Shown: one piece after another, positions 56,143 through 64,000 of the stretch
Layout: each line of letters opens with the position of its first letter
How positions within the stretch are numbered: position 1 is the first letter of the stretch
From: a virus
Lineage: Duplodnaviria; Caudoviricetes
Virus record (IMG/VR): IMGVR_UViG_3300021164_001199
Span: 30,063-94,062 of that record
Reading direction: 5' to 3' (one strand)
Length of the DNA stretch: 64,000 nt
The notes under the pieces: generated by a model
The model's input: the letters and a program-made list of their open reading frames with translations, nothing else
The model's database searches: none
What the model was told of the DNA's origin: nothing
Made by a program: the position numbers and the translations under genes

Positions 56143-57221
56143 AATATTTGAATTTTAGTTTGATCAAAATCTAATAATGAGTCACTTACCCATTTTTCAT
56201 CAATAGTATTCCTATAACATAATATATGAATTTCTGATGTTTCTTCTGGATTTAGTCTTAAAAGCCTACCTATTCTTTGAGATGATTTTCTATTATTACC
56301 ATATGCATGCAATATGATACCACGTTTAAGTTCAGGTATAGTAATACCTTCACTAAGTTGTAGTACACATGATAGTTGCATAATTTTACCTGACTTAAAA
56401 TCTACAAGGTTTTTTTCTGCGTTTGATTTTCCAGAGTAATAGCTAGTCTTGCAGATTGAATCAGCTTGTTTTTTGGTATTAGCAAATACAATAGTTTTAG
56501 AAGTACTTTTATCAAGAAATTTTTTAGCATAATTGGTTTTAGAAGCAAATGTTTGTAAAGCCCTCATTCTCATAATACTAATATTCTGTATTGCAAGTTT
56601 GTTGGGTCTTGGATTATTAATTGCCTCAGATAATTTATTAGACCAAAATTTATAAATAATTTCTTCTGAAGCATAACCTTTACCAAATTTAGTATTCTTA
56701 GACTTATCTAAATCTATATTATGTATATAGATTTTATAGTCATTTAGAATTTTATTATCTACAGCAAAGGATACATCTTTAGTATATACTACTGGACAGA
56801 AACTGGATATTAAATCATGCTTAACTTTATCCCTACTTGTTGGTGGTGTACCTGTTAATCCAAGTATAGAACCTGAATAACTATTTAACCATTCTTTATG
56901 TGTAGGTAATAAGTTATGACACTCATCAAGATATATTTTCTGATAACCTAAAGACTTCTTAGATAAAGATCTATAAGTAGTAAAAGTTATATGTTCCAAT
57001 AAATGATCTAGTCCAAATCTATTAGCATCATCAATCCAAGACTTATAAATTGATACTTTAGGTGCTACAACTAAGAATGAACTGTATTCAGTAAAGTTAT
57101 GAGCCATATCAAGTAATCCAAGTAATGTTTTACCCAGGCCCATTGACATAACTACAGTACATCTATTATGTTTCTTTATTACATCTAAAGCTTCTTTTTG
57201 TATTTCATCTTTTTGAATCAT
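56136..57221 (-). CDS. Superfamily 2 (DExH) helicase
   Basis: MGLGKT, LDECH, GLTGT, LSEGI.IP, QRIGRLLR. Confidence 0.9.
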   Translation of the reverse strand: MIQKDEIQKEALDVIKKHNRCTVVMSMGLGKTLLGLLDMAHNFTEYSSFLVVAPKVSIYKSWIDDANRFGLDHLLEHITFTTYRSLSKKSLGYQKIYLDECHNLLPTHKEWLNSYSGSILGLTGTPPTSRDKVKHDLISSFCPVVYTKDVSFAVDNKILNDYKIYIHNIDLDKSKNTKFGKGYASEEIIYKFWSNKLSEAINNPRPNKLAIQNISIMRMRALQTFASKTNYAKKFLDKSTSKTIVFANTKKQADSICKTSYYSGKSNAEKNLVDFKSGKIMQLSCVLQLSEGITIPELKRGIILHAYGNNRKSSQRIGRLLRLNPEETSEIHILCYRNTIDEKWVSDSLLDFDQTKIQILC

Positions 57222-57637
57222 AATCTATTTTCTGATAAGCCTAATTCTTTAGCTTCTATTGGATGTAATTCAATGTATGTGTGGCAAACTCTGCAAACAG
57301 CAATCCAAGTTGATATATCAAGTAGAAAGGGACCACGCCCTTTTTTATGATGAATATCAGTTGCCTGAATAGTACAGATTGGTAGTCTAGCCTCACAAGT
57401 AGAATGTTTGGTTATATAATCAATTCTTAATTTACAATATAAGTTTTCAAGAGCTGCTAATTTAGTTGATTTTGATTTAAGTTTTACTATTTTTTTTGTT
57501 GTTGTAGAAATTGGTTTATTTTCTTTTTGCCAACAAGCTTTACAGTACTTACTTCCTTCAAAATTCTTCCAAATTAGCTTCTCTTGATTACACTTATTAC
57601 ATAGCTTTTTCTTAGCTGTTATCATCAGTTGTTTCAA
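57218..57637 (-). CDS. Zn-finger/HNH-like nuclease
   Basis: CNKC...CKAC, then CE....C...ATDIHHKKGR...VCRVCH. Confidence 0.7.
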   Translation of the reverse strand: MKQLMITAKKKLCNKCNQEKLIWKNFEGSKYCKACWQKENKPISTTTKKIVKLKSKSTKLAALENLYCKLRIDYITKHSTCEARLPICTIQATDIHHKKGRGPFLLDISTWIAVCRVCHTYIELHPIEAKELGLSENRL

Positions 57638-57947
57638 CTTCCTCAGACATATCTGCTAATGCATAAGCTGAATTATAAACATCTGGTGTTGCTTCTTTAA
57701 TGAAATCTGCAATAGGTTTTAACTTATCCTGAATAGATTTTGCAAAAAGATAACGTGTGTTACTTTTAATTTCTGCAATTTCTTCATCAGGAATTCTGTG
57801 AAAACTTTTTATTGTACCCATCATAGGTATTTCTATATTTCTAGATATACCTTTTTCACGTATAACTCTCTCATAGGTTTCTACAAGAATGTCATTAACT
57901 GTATTCAAGAATACAAGTTGTTCTGCTGTTAATTCATTTAGATTCAT
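57612..57947 (-). CDS. Hypothetical protein
   Basis: Coupled ORF. Confidence 0.6.
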   Translation of the reverse strand: MNLNELTAEQLVFLNTVNDILVETYERVIREKGISRNIEIPMMGTIKSFHRIPDEEIAEIKSNTRYLFAKSIQDKLKPIADFIKEATPDVYNSAYALADMSEEVETTDDNS

Positions 57948-58392
57948 TTAATTCAAAGAAATTTTTAGGTAAAACATTGTGAGTAATTAGTTTATTAACA
58001 ATCTGCATCTTAGATACTCCAAGATCTTTAAAATTAATATAATTTTTGAAATTATGATCAATTTGATTAGAATATTCTTCAGTCAATTCTTTTGTAATTG
58101 GTGATTTAGGAAATAAAGTTTTAAATAAATTATTTACTATACCATTACATAATTCTTGCTTCCAAATATTCAATATAGATTGAGCATGTCTATGAGCTTT
58201 GTTAATTCTATTTTGTTCTTTGTAAGGAATAGATTTAATTTCTGTCTCCGAAAAATTAGATAGTCCAAATAAAACTTCTTTGTAAAGTTTGTTTTGAATA
58301 CTATTAAATTCATCTCTTTCATATTTCATTCTGAAATTTGAATTTACAATTTGATTTGTAACTTTGGTTTGGGTAACTTTGATTTTGTTCAT
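57934..58392 (-). CDS. Hypothetical protein
   Basis: 152-aa ORF. Confidence 0.65.
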   Translation of the reverse strand: MNKIKVTQTKVTNQIVNSNFRMKYERDEFNSIQNKLYKEVLFGLSNFSETEIKSIPYKEQNRINKAHRHAQSILNIWKQELCNGIVNNLFKTLFPKSPITKELTEEYSNQIDHNFKNYINFKDLGVSKMQIVNKLITHNVLPKNFFELNESK

Positions 58393-58404
58393 TTTGATTT
58401 AGTT

Positions 58405-58860
58405 TTAAAGTGAGAAAGCCTCGTTTGGTTTTAAAGTAATTGTTTTTTTGTATTGTGACTTAATTTCATCTGAGTTTGTATGTTGAATAAACTCATCAGA
58501 CTGTGTTAAGTCTTCTGTATATATACATTTTCTATAAATTGGTTCGGTACCAACTTTACACTGAATACCAGTAATACCAGCAAGTTTAATATCCTTCTCA
58601 GGATTTTTAACATTGAATGGTTTTAAGGATTCTTTAATAATAATTTTGCCATTTAAGACTTGACCTTCTGCATAACCTGCATCTTCTAAGTCTTCAACTT
58701 TACCAGGGATGAAAGCAATTAACTTTTTTCTTGTTAACCAACCTTTTTCATCAATAATTGATCTTGTTTGTTCAACTCTAATATGACCAAAACCTGAATT
58801 TGATTCAGATTGGTTCACAACATTTCCATCTTCGTTTGTTACAACTGTTACTTTTGACAT
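58405..58860 (-). CDS. Hypothetical protein
   Basis: 151-aa beta-rich ORF. Confidence 0.65.
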   Translation of the reverse strand: MSKVTVVTNEDGNVVNQSESNSGFGHIRVEQTRSIIDEKGWLTRKKLIAFIPGKVEDLEDAGYAEGQVLNGKIIIKESLKPFNVKNPEKDIKLAGITGIQCKVGTEPIYRKCIYTEDLTQSDEFIQHTNSDEIKSQYKKTITLKPNEAFSL

Positions 58861-58876
58861 AATAAAAAATTTTAGT

Positions 58877-58902
58877 AAAAAAAAAGAGGAACTATTCCTC
58901 TT
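58877..58902 (-). terminator. Rho-independent terminator overlapping a stop codon
   Basis: AAGAGGAA/TTCCTCTT stem plus a T-tract. Confidence 0.55.
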
Positions 58903-59146
58903 CTGTGTAATCTTGATCTAGTAGTTTTTCTAGATCTGAAACATCATCTAATTCTTTAATTAGAGATTCTTCTTCTTCATCATCATCTACTTCTTGCTCA
59001 ATGTTAAGAGCTGAATTAAACCAAGGATTATTTGTGTAATCACCTTGATTATATCCTATTAAATTTTGAAAATCTGCATCAGACATACTTAAGTAGTCTT
59101 CTATAGACATTTCAACTACTTTACCATTTGAGAGTTGATACAACAT
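58892..59146 (-). CDS. Small acidic protein
   Basis: MLYQLSNGKVVEMSIEDYL...; D/E-rich C-terminal half. Confidence 0.65.
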   Translation of the reverse strand: MLYQLSNGKVVEMSIEDYLSMSDADFQNLIGYNQGDYTNNPWFNSALNIEQEVDDDEEEESLIKELDDVSDLEKLLDQDYTEEE

Positions 59147-59235
59147 TACAATAACTGTTATGATGTAAAAGTAGTTAATATATCTATTTTTATTATATTC
59201 TTGAAACTATAATCTTATTAAATCGCTAAGTACTA

Positions 59236-59799
59236 CTAACGTATAAGAATAACTTTACCAATCTGTGATTTCCATCTTTTTCTTATATCTAACCACTTTG
59301 CTGAGTAAACATAAATATCATCTTGAACAGGTTCTTTATTTTGATTAAATGTACCATCCCAACCAATATTTATATCATTTGATTCAAATAGTAATTCACC
59401 CCACCTATTATAAATTAGTAGATTGAATTCTTTTACATTTTCTCCTTTTGCTGCAAAACTATCATTAAGTCCATCACCATTTGGAGTGAATGAATTTGGG
59501 AAGTATATATTAGTAGTATAGCATCCATCTACTTGTATTTTGTATATCTTTTTAATGACATTACAAGCAAAGTTGTATTCAGCTTTTATAATATACTCTC
59601 CAGGTTCTGTCCAATTAATTTGTAAGTTGGTACCTGTTTCACCTTGGTTATTATAAGTCCATAATAAAGGATAAGTGTTATCAGGAATGTAATAAGTAAA
59701 GTTGCTTTGTGAATCAGGACATAATGAAACAAATTGATTTACTTGAGAATAACTTTTAAAAACGTAAAATATTAAAAATATAATATTTAAGTTTCTCAT
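59236..59799 (-). CDS. Secreted protein with a T9SS type-B C-terminal sorting domain (gliding-motility-associated CTD, CHU_C)
   Basis: Signal ending SYS-Q and one Ig/PKD-like domain, then IYFPNSFTPNGDGLNDSF...IYNRWGELLFES...GWDG...DIYVY...GKVILIR. Confidence 0.9.
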   Translation of the reverse strand: MRNLNIIFLIFYVFKSYSQVNQFVSLCPDSQSNFTYYIPDNTYPLLWTYNNQGETGTNLQINWTEPGEYIIKAEYNFACNVIKKIYKIQVDGCYTTNIYFPNSFTPNGDGLNDSFAAKGENVKEFNLLIYNRWGELLFESNDINIGWDGTFNQNKEPVQDDIYVYSAKWLDIRKRWKSQIGKVILIR

Positions 59800-60356
59800 T
59801 AGTGAGTTATATTTCCAAGAGTTATTGTACCATTAACAATTATTGCTATTGTAGCTGTTACAGGACATCCTGCTATTGTTCCATTAAATGTCACATTGAA
59901 TGTACCATTACCTGATATATTAGGACAAAAAGTATCACCTGATACACCTACTCCAGTCCATGTACCTATAATATTAGGTACAGTGGTTAAAGTAACACAA
60001 GGGTCTGTTGAACACAATGGACTTACAGGTTGTATAGTAACTATAGGATTAATTATCTCTACATCTAATGTTTGAGGTGTAACAGGACAATTAGTACCAG
60101 TTAAAGAAACAGTAATAGCATTAGTAATATAAGATACTGCAGCTGAAGACCAATTTACTATAATAGAGTTAGTACCCTGTCCAGAAACTAATATACCAGG
60201 AGCTGTCACAGTCCATACTATTGTTCCTACTGAAGGTTGAGGTATACTATATACAGTTGATGTATTTCCTAAACATACCGTGTCAGGATTAATTGTACTT
60301 TGAGCATATGTTAGACCTGATAACATTATTGCACATACTAAGAGAATTGCTTTCAT
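59799..60356 (-). CDS. Secreted protein with two Ig/PKD-like repeats (SprB-like adhesin fragments)
   Basis: Signal ending TYA-Q. DTVC...Y...WTV...GQGTNSI.VNW and LC...GTWTG.GV....F.P...G.G.F.VT. Confidence 0.75.
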   Translation of the reverse strand: MKAILLVCAIMLSGLTYAQSTINPDTVCLGNTSTVYSIPQPSVGTIVWTVTAPGILVSGQGTNSIIVNWSSAAVSYITNAITVSLTGTNCPVTPQTLDVEIINPIVTIQPVSPLCSTDPCVTLTTVPNIIGTWTGVGVSGDTFCPNISGNGTFNVTFNGTIAGCPVTATIAIIVNGTITLGNITH

Positions 60357-60377
60357 GATTAATTTATTAGAGATTTA

Positions 60378-60860
60378 TTAAAATAAGTTTTTTTGAAAAT
60401 AGTCTGTGTGAACCTCATACTTGTAAGCATTATCAGTAACTAAGTTTTTTATTAGTATTTCTTTAGTTCTGCTTTTCTTTAACTTAACAACTTGATTAGT
60501 AGTTAAATTAATAATAGCTGATATCTTACAACTCATTTTCTTCTGTGAGAGTACATTAATTGTATCATTAGCAAATGTTACAATAGTAAGTTCTGTTTGA
60601 TCAGAACAATATGATTCCATATAGGTACCATCTCTAAGAAGTATTTTGTTTTCCATAGGGTCCACATAATACACTTTTAAAGTTCTTGTATATCTAAATT
60701 CAGGCTCACTATCTTCATTTTCTAAGATGGGAACTATATAGTTCTTAGCATCTAGAAATAAAGGAGCAGGTTGAATATTATTAAATACTTCTTTTGGACC
60801 ACTAAAGTCAATAGTAAAAAGTAATAATAAGAAAGTACAGGACAATAAAGTATTTTTCAT
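60378..60860 (-). CDS. Exported or membrane-anchored hypothetical protein
   Basis: N-terminal hydrophobic signal MKNTLLSCTFLLLLFT. Confidence 0.6.
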   Translation of the reverse strand: MKNTLLSCTFLLLLFTIDFSGPKEVFNNIQPAPLFLDAKNYIVPILENEDSEPEFRYTRTLKVYYVDPMENKILLRDGTYMESYCSDQTELTIVTFANDTINVLSQKKMSCKISAIINLTTNQVVKLKKSRTKEILIKNLVTDNAYKYEVHTDYFQKNLF

Positions 60861-61600
60861 TTTATTTTAATTAGTCTACCAGATAAATCATAATAATTAT
60901 TGTAGCTATCTGAAACTTCTGGAGCTACAATATAATCAACAAACACTTGTGATAAATTTCCATTCAAATCTTCTTCAATAACTCTATAATAACTTACACC
61001 AGGTAAATATTTATAGTCATCAAATTCATATTTGTTTAATGTTGAACTATATGCCACTGATTTAATCTCACAAACTCTTGTCCAATTAACTAAATCAACA
61101 GATTTGTCTACTAAAAACTGTTTGCTAGCACTAGATGAACATATCATAAATTGACATTGTACCCTAGAGTTAAATAGTAAAGTATATCCGCATAATTCAA
61201 CAGCTAATGGATTTAAGTCTAAGTAATATGGACAAATGTTGTCTATACCTGTACAATTGTCTCCATAGGTTGTTATAGTTATACTCACATTATATGGTTG
61301 ATCTATAGTTAAACCAAAATACACATAACCTAAATAAACTATATTACCTGAAGTGTCCGTTACAACTACATCACTAATTTGAATTCCTCCATTATTACAA
61401 AGAGCACTAGAGTATCCAAAGTATAATGCAATTATTGAACTTGTAGGTATAAGTGTAAAATTTACAACAGTGTCTTGAGTTGGCTCAAAGAAAGCAGTAC
61501 AATAATCTTTATCATACAATTGTGCAAAACTCAAATTAGATTGAGCTTGCTTAATAGTATCAGTTAATAAAGTTAAAGAAAGTAATAATGAGGCTAACAT
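60857..61600 (-). CDS. Secreted protein with an LPVEL-type Ig module and a truncated T9SS type-A CTD-like tail
   Basis: Hydrophobic N-terminus. PLAVEL...F.V.KS.D..NW...YEFDD...YYRVIEEDLNG; ends YYDLSGRLIKIK. Confidence 0.7.
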   Translation of the reverse strand: MLASLLLSLTLLTDTIKQAQSNLSFAQLYDKDYCTAFFEPTQDTVVNFTLIPTSSIIALYFGYSSALCNNGGIQISDVVVTDTSGNIVYLGYVYFGLTIDQPYNVSITITTYGDNCTGIDNICPYYLDLNPLAVELCGYTLLFNSRVQCQFMICSSSASKQFLVDKSVDLVNWTRVCEIKSVAYSSTLNKYEFDDYKYLPGVSYYRVIEEDLNGNLSQVFVDYIVAPEVSDSYNNYYDLSGRLIKIK

Positions 61601-61612
61601 GCACTGAATAGA

Positions 61613-61629
61613 TATACTATAATATACAG
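61613..61629 (-). promoter_or_regulatory. Putative phage promoter motif CTGTATATTATAGTATA
   Basis: Lies between a strong terminator and the ATG at 61600; resembles the motifs at 1092 and 43204. Confidence 0.45.
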
Positions 61630-61640
61630 TATTTCAGCTT

Positions 61641-61678
61641 AAAATAAAAACCTATTACCTAAATGAATAGGTAATAGG
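61641..61678 (-). terminator. Rho-independent terminator downstream of the guaC-like gene
   Basis: 11-bp stem CCTATTACCTA/TAGGTAATAGG followed by TTTTTATTTT on the minus strand. Confidence 0.8.
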
Positions 61679-61811
61679 CTCTTAAAAAATCTTACAAAAA
61701 TATATGCTTTACTTTACAAGTTTTCCCCCAAGAAAAAACGCAATATCTGACATGGTTAGTATTAGAAATTAAGTTTTTTAGCAAAACATACAATAAAGAA
61801 CGAATAAGATT

Positions 61812-62849
61812 TTACTTATTAAAACGGTTAAAAGAATTGTAAGATATCTCAATAATCTCAGGTTTACCAATAAATTGCTCTAGATTATATGCTCCTGTGT
61901 ATGACATTGCTGAAGCTAAGTAGTCTATAAAATTATTAACCCAAGAGTTGTAAGTATATTCTACTTCTCTAATTGTTTCAATCCCTTCTGATGTTTTTAT
62001 TTCATCTCTATTCCAAAGTTTCTGTACTGTTTTGCTACTCATACCTCTAAATTCTTTATAAAATTGCTCATTGTTATGAACAAAATTATCATAAACTAAT
62101 AGAGGATCTACTAAATTACCATTTACATCTAACGTTGGTGCACAACTCTCAAGCATTTTGTTGAGTATTGAACCTAACATGACATAATCAGCACCTAATG
62201 CTAAAGCTTTAATAATATCTGAATACTTTTTAAAGCCACCATCAGCCACAATTTTAGTATTAGTACATCTAACCCAGTTATTACAGTTGTGGTCCCTGAT
62301 CTCTTTACATTCTTTGATAAGAGAAGCCATAGGATATCCAACTCCTGTTTGCACAGTTGTTAGACATCCATTGCCATTACCTATACCAACACGTATATAA
62401 TCTGCACCAGCTTCCTGTAAATGACCAAAAGTCTCTGGGGTAGCAACATTGCCAACCATAAGAACAAGTTGTTTACCAAATTTATCCTTAAATTTATGAA
62501 CATAGTCATGTAATTTATACATATGACCATTAGCAACATCAATAAGTGCATATACAGTTTCATCAGGTTTCAATTCTAATTTATCAAAAACTTTGTAAAA
62601 GTCATCATAACCATATGAATAAAAATGTTTGTTACTTACAGCATTGTTATTTAGTCTTGGTAAACAGATATGAAAGTTACTTTCAAAAATATGAAGATTA
62701 TCCTGATTAATCACAGTATCCATAGGAGCTGTAAATAAAGGTAGCTTTAAACCATCCATATAAGGGTTGATAGCTTTTCTTGAATCAATTACAGTACACA
62801 TTGTAGGTTTAATCAATATATCATCAAAATCAAATTTCATATTTTCCAT
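61812..62849 (-). CDS. GMP reductase / IMP dehydrogenase family enzyme without CBS domains
   Basis: DFDDILI.P, APMDTV, DVANGH, GNVATPE, VGIGNGNGCLT, ADGG, KALALGADYVMLG, FRGMSS, SAMSY.GA. Confidence 0.9.
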   Translation of the reverse strand: MENMKFDFDDILIKPTMCTVIDSRKAINPYMDGLKLPLFTAPMDTVINQDNLHIFESNFHICLPRLNNNAVSNKHFYSYGYDDFYKVFDKLELKPDETVYALIDVANGHMYKLHDYVHKFKDKFGKQLVLMVGNVATPETFGHLQEAGADYIRVGIGNGNGCLTTVQTGVGYPMASLIKECKEIRDHNCNNWVRCTNTKIVADGGFKKYSDIIKALALGADYVMLGSILNKMLESCAPTLDVNGNLVDPLLVYDNFVHNNEQFYKEFRGMSSKTVQKLWNRDEIKTSEGIETIREVEYTYNSWVNNFIDYLASAMSYTGAYNLEQFIGKPEIIEISYNSFNRFNK

Positions 62850-63142
62850 TATTTAAAAACTATATACTTAGGATCTGCTCCACCTTCTAACATTCTATCT
62901 CTGATTGCAGCATTGCACTCATCTGATAAATTCTGGGACAAAGTTAATTGATTTCCTATATCAAACATAGCAGCCATGTCCATAAAATTTCCACTAATAT
63001 TATAAAGAGACTTGATTTGGTCTATTTTATTGGTAGCATAGTTATAGGTGTCATCAAATGTTTTCCATAAATCAATACAAGCGTTCTTTAATTCATCAAA
63101 TAGTTCTTGATCTGGTGGAGTATAATATAATCTAGTCTGCAT
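62849..63142 (-). CDS. Hypothetical protein
   Basis: Coupled ORF. Confidence 0.6.
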   Translation of the reverse strand: MQTRLYYTPPDQELFDELKNACIDLWKTFDDTYNYATNKIDQIKSLYNISGNFMDMAAMFDIGNQLTLSQNLSDECNAAIRDRMLEGGADPKYIVFK

Positions 63143-63437
63143 CAGCTACAATATTAAATAAATCTACAGCTCTTTGGTGCCCAATACAAGCTTTTTCATA
63201 AGAATCATATCTTTCCATGTATTGATCATGTTGACCACCAAATATCATAGTTTCCCATAATACTGGTCCTTTACTACCAAAACCATGATCTAAACCTAGA
63301 AATACTGTTGACACCATAACATCATCAAAATGATCTTGTTTAAGAATTTTTTGATTCATGTTATCTTTTTCCCATTCTGAGAATTCTACTGCCTCACAAG
63401 GCACTGGATTGTTTTCTTTATCTAGTTTGTACCACAT
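63132..63437 (-). CDS. Hypothetical phage protein (VSTVFLGLDH...ETMIFGG)
   Basis: 101-aa ORF with a distinctive motif. Confidence 0.65.
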   Translation of the reverse strand: MWYKLDKENNPVPCEAVEFSEWEKDNMNQKILKQDHFDDVMVSTVFLGLDHGFGSKGPVLWETMIFGGQHDQYMERYDSYEKACIGHQRAVDLFNIVADAD

Positions 63438-63439
63438 TG

Positions 63440-63811
63440 TTATTTAGTTTTTACAATTTCAATTAGTTTTATTAAACAAGCAAGTTCTGCTTCTTCGTAG
63501 GTTTTATAATGTTCTATACCGTTCCATTCTATTTTATCTTCAACAAAATAGTATTGATAAGAATAATTATTCCAATCGTGTTGCCAATAAGTAGCAATAT
63601 GTGAAGCCAAATCATACTTCTCTCTAAACCATCTGAAGGATTGTGAGAATGTTGGTGTTGCAATAAAATTACGCCTTGTTAGGTTAGAATCTAAATTACA
63701 ACTGATTTCAATATATAATTCATTTTCTAATCCATAATAACCAAAACATTTTTCATTAAAATTAAGTTTTGCTAATTCTAATGCTTGTTCATAAGGAATG
63801 AAATCTTTCAT
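63440..63811 (-). CDS. Hypothetical phage protein (FIPYEQALEL...TYEEAELACL family)
   Basis: 123-aa ORF; a paralogous C-terminus occurs at the window end. Confidence 0.65.
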   Translation of the reverse strand: MKDFIPYEQALELAKLNFNEKCFGYYGLENELYIEISCNLDSNLTRRNFIATPTFSQSFRWFREKYDLASHIATYWQHDWNNYSYQYYFVEDKIEWNGIEHYKTYEEAELACLIKLIEIVKTK

Positions 63812-63823
63812 ATTTATTTGTTT

Positions 63824-63943
63824 TTAACTATTTCTATCTTCAATAAACTGTTTAATAGCTTCATCTGTATGCTCATAAATCCACCAAGCATCAGGACTAT
63901 TAATTTCAGCCCATTCTATAAATTCTCTAATTATTTCTTCCAT
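63824..63943 (-). CDS. Small hypothetical protein (39 aa); not in the ORF track
   Basis: MEEIIREFIEWAEINSPDAWWIYEHTDEAIKQFIEDRNS. Confidence 0.5.
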   Translation of the reverse strand: MEEIIREFIEWAEINSPDAWWIYEHTDEAIKQFIEDRNS

Positions 63944-63999
63944 TTTTTTACAATTTCTATTAATTTTTTAAGACATTCAAGTTCTGCTTCTTCATAAGT
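63931..63999 (-). CDS. C-terminus of a truncated paralog of 63440..63811
   Basis: TYEEAELECLKKLIEIVKKWKK* versus TYEEAELACLIKLIEIVKTK*. Confidence 0.6.
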   Translation of the reverse strand, partial: TYEEAELECLKKLIEIVKKWKK

Positions 64000-64000
64000 A

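Noticed and set aside
32787-63997. Track ORFs starting at 32787, 40502, 40777, 43475, 43725, 50432, 54575, 62381 and 63785
   Set aside because: They overlap better-supported genes on the other strand or frame and show no motifs.
1-64000. Stop-codon reassignment (TAG or TGA), as known in some crAss-like phages
   Set aside because: Genes up to 12.5 kb are intact in the standard code, and both TAG and TGA end tightly packed genes.
1-64000. CRISPR array, diversity-generating retroelement, integrase or transposase
   Set aside because: No regularly spaced repeats, reverse transcriptase, TR/VR pair or recombinase motifs were seen.

Overview
Very AT-rich, gene-dense fragment of a large lytic Bacteroidota phage of the crAss-like type (Crassvirales or a relative). 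It reads cleanly in the standard genetic code. 1-29.1 kb (+) holds the virion-cargo block: a 5'-truncated ORF, then 918, 1788, 4187 and 2385 aa proteins. The 4187-aa protein is a single-chain two-barrel virion RNA polymerase (GGDFDIDK). It has an N-terminal zincin motif and a C-terminal run of inserted domains that includes an AlkB-like dioxygenase, ASCH and NADAR. By my reading the three giant proteins have cysteines only at their adjoining termini. 29.1-43.2 kb (-) is the replication block: MazG-like pyrophosphatase, PolB, PD-(D/E)XK nuclease, MoxR AAA+ with a VWA/metallopeptidase partner, GIY-YIG-like protein, primase, AAA_24 ATPase, DnaB and a DnaA-CTD-like protein. 43.2-44.4 kb (+) is a small holin/spanin-like membrane cassette. 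44.4-64 kb (mostly -) carries ung, thyA, an SP-lyase-like radical SAM enzyme, a second AAA+/VWA pair, an SF2 helicase, an HNH-like protein, a GMP reductase/IMPDH-family enzyme, many small paralogous ORFs and an island of tRNA-like and structured RNA. It also carries a transcriptionally insulated cassette of secreted proteins that resemble host type IX secretion (T9SS) cargo. All assignments come from reading motifs by eye; no database searches were run.
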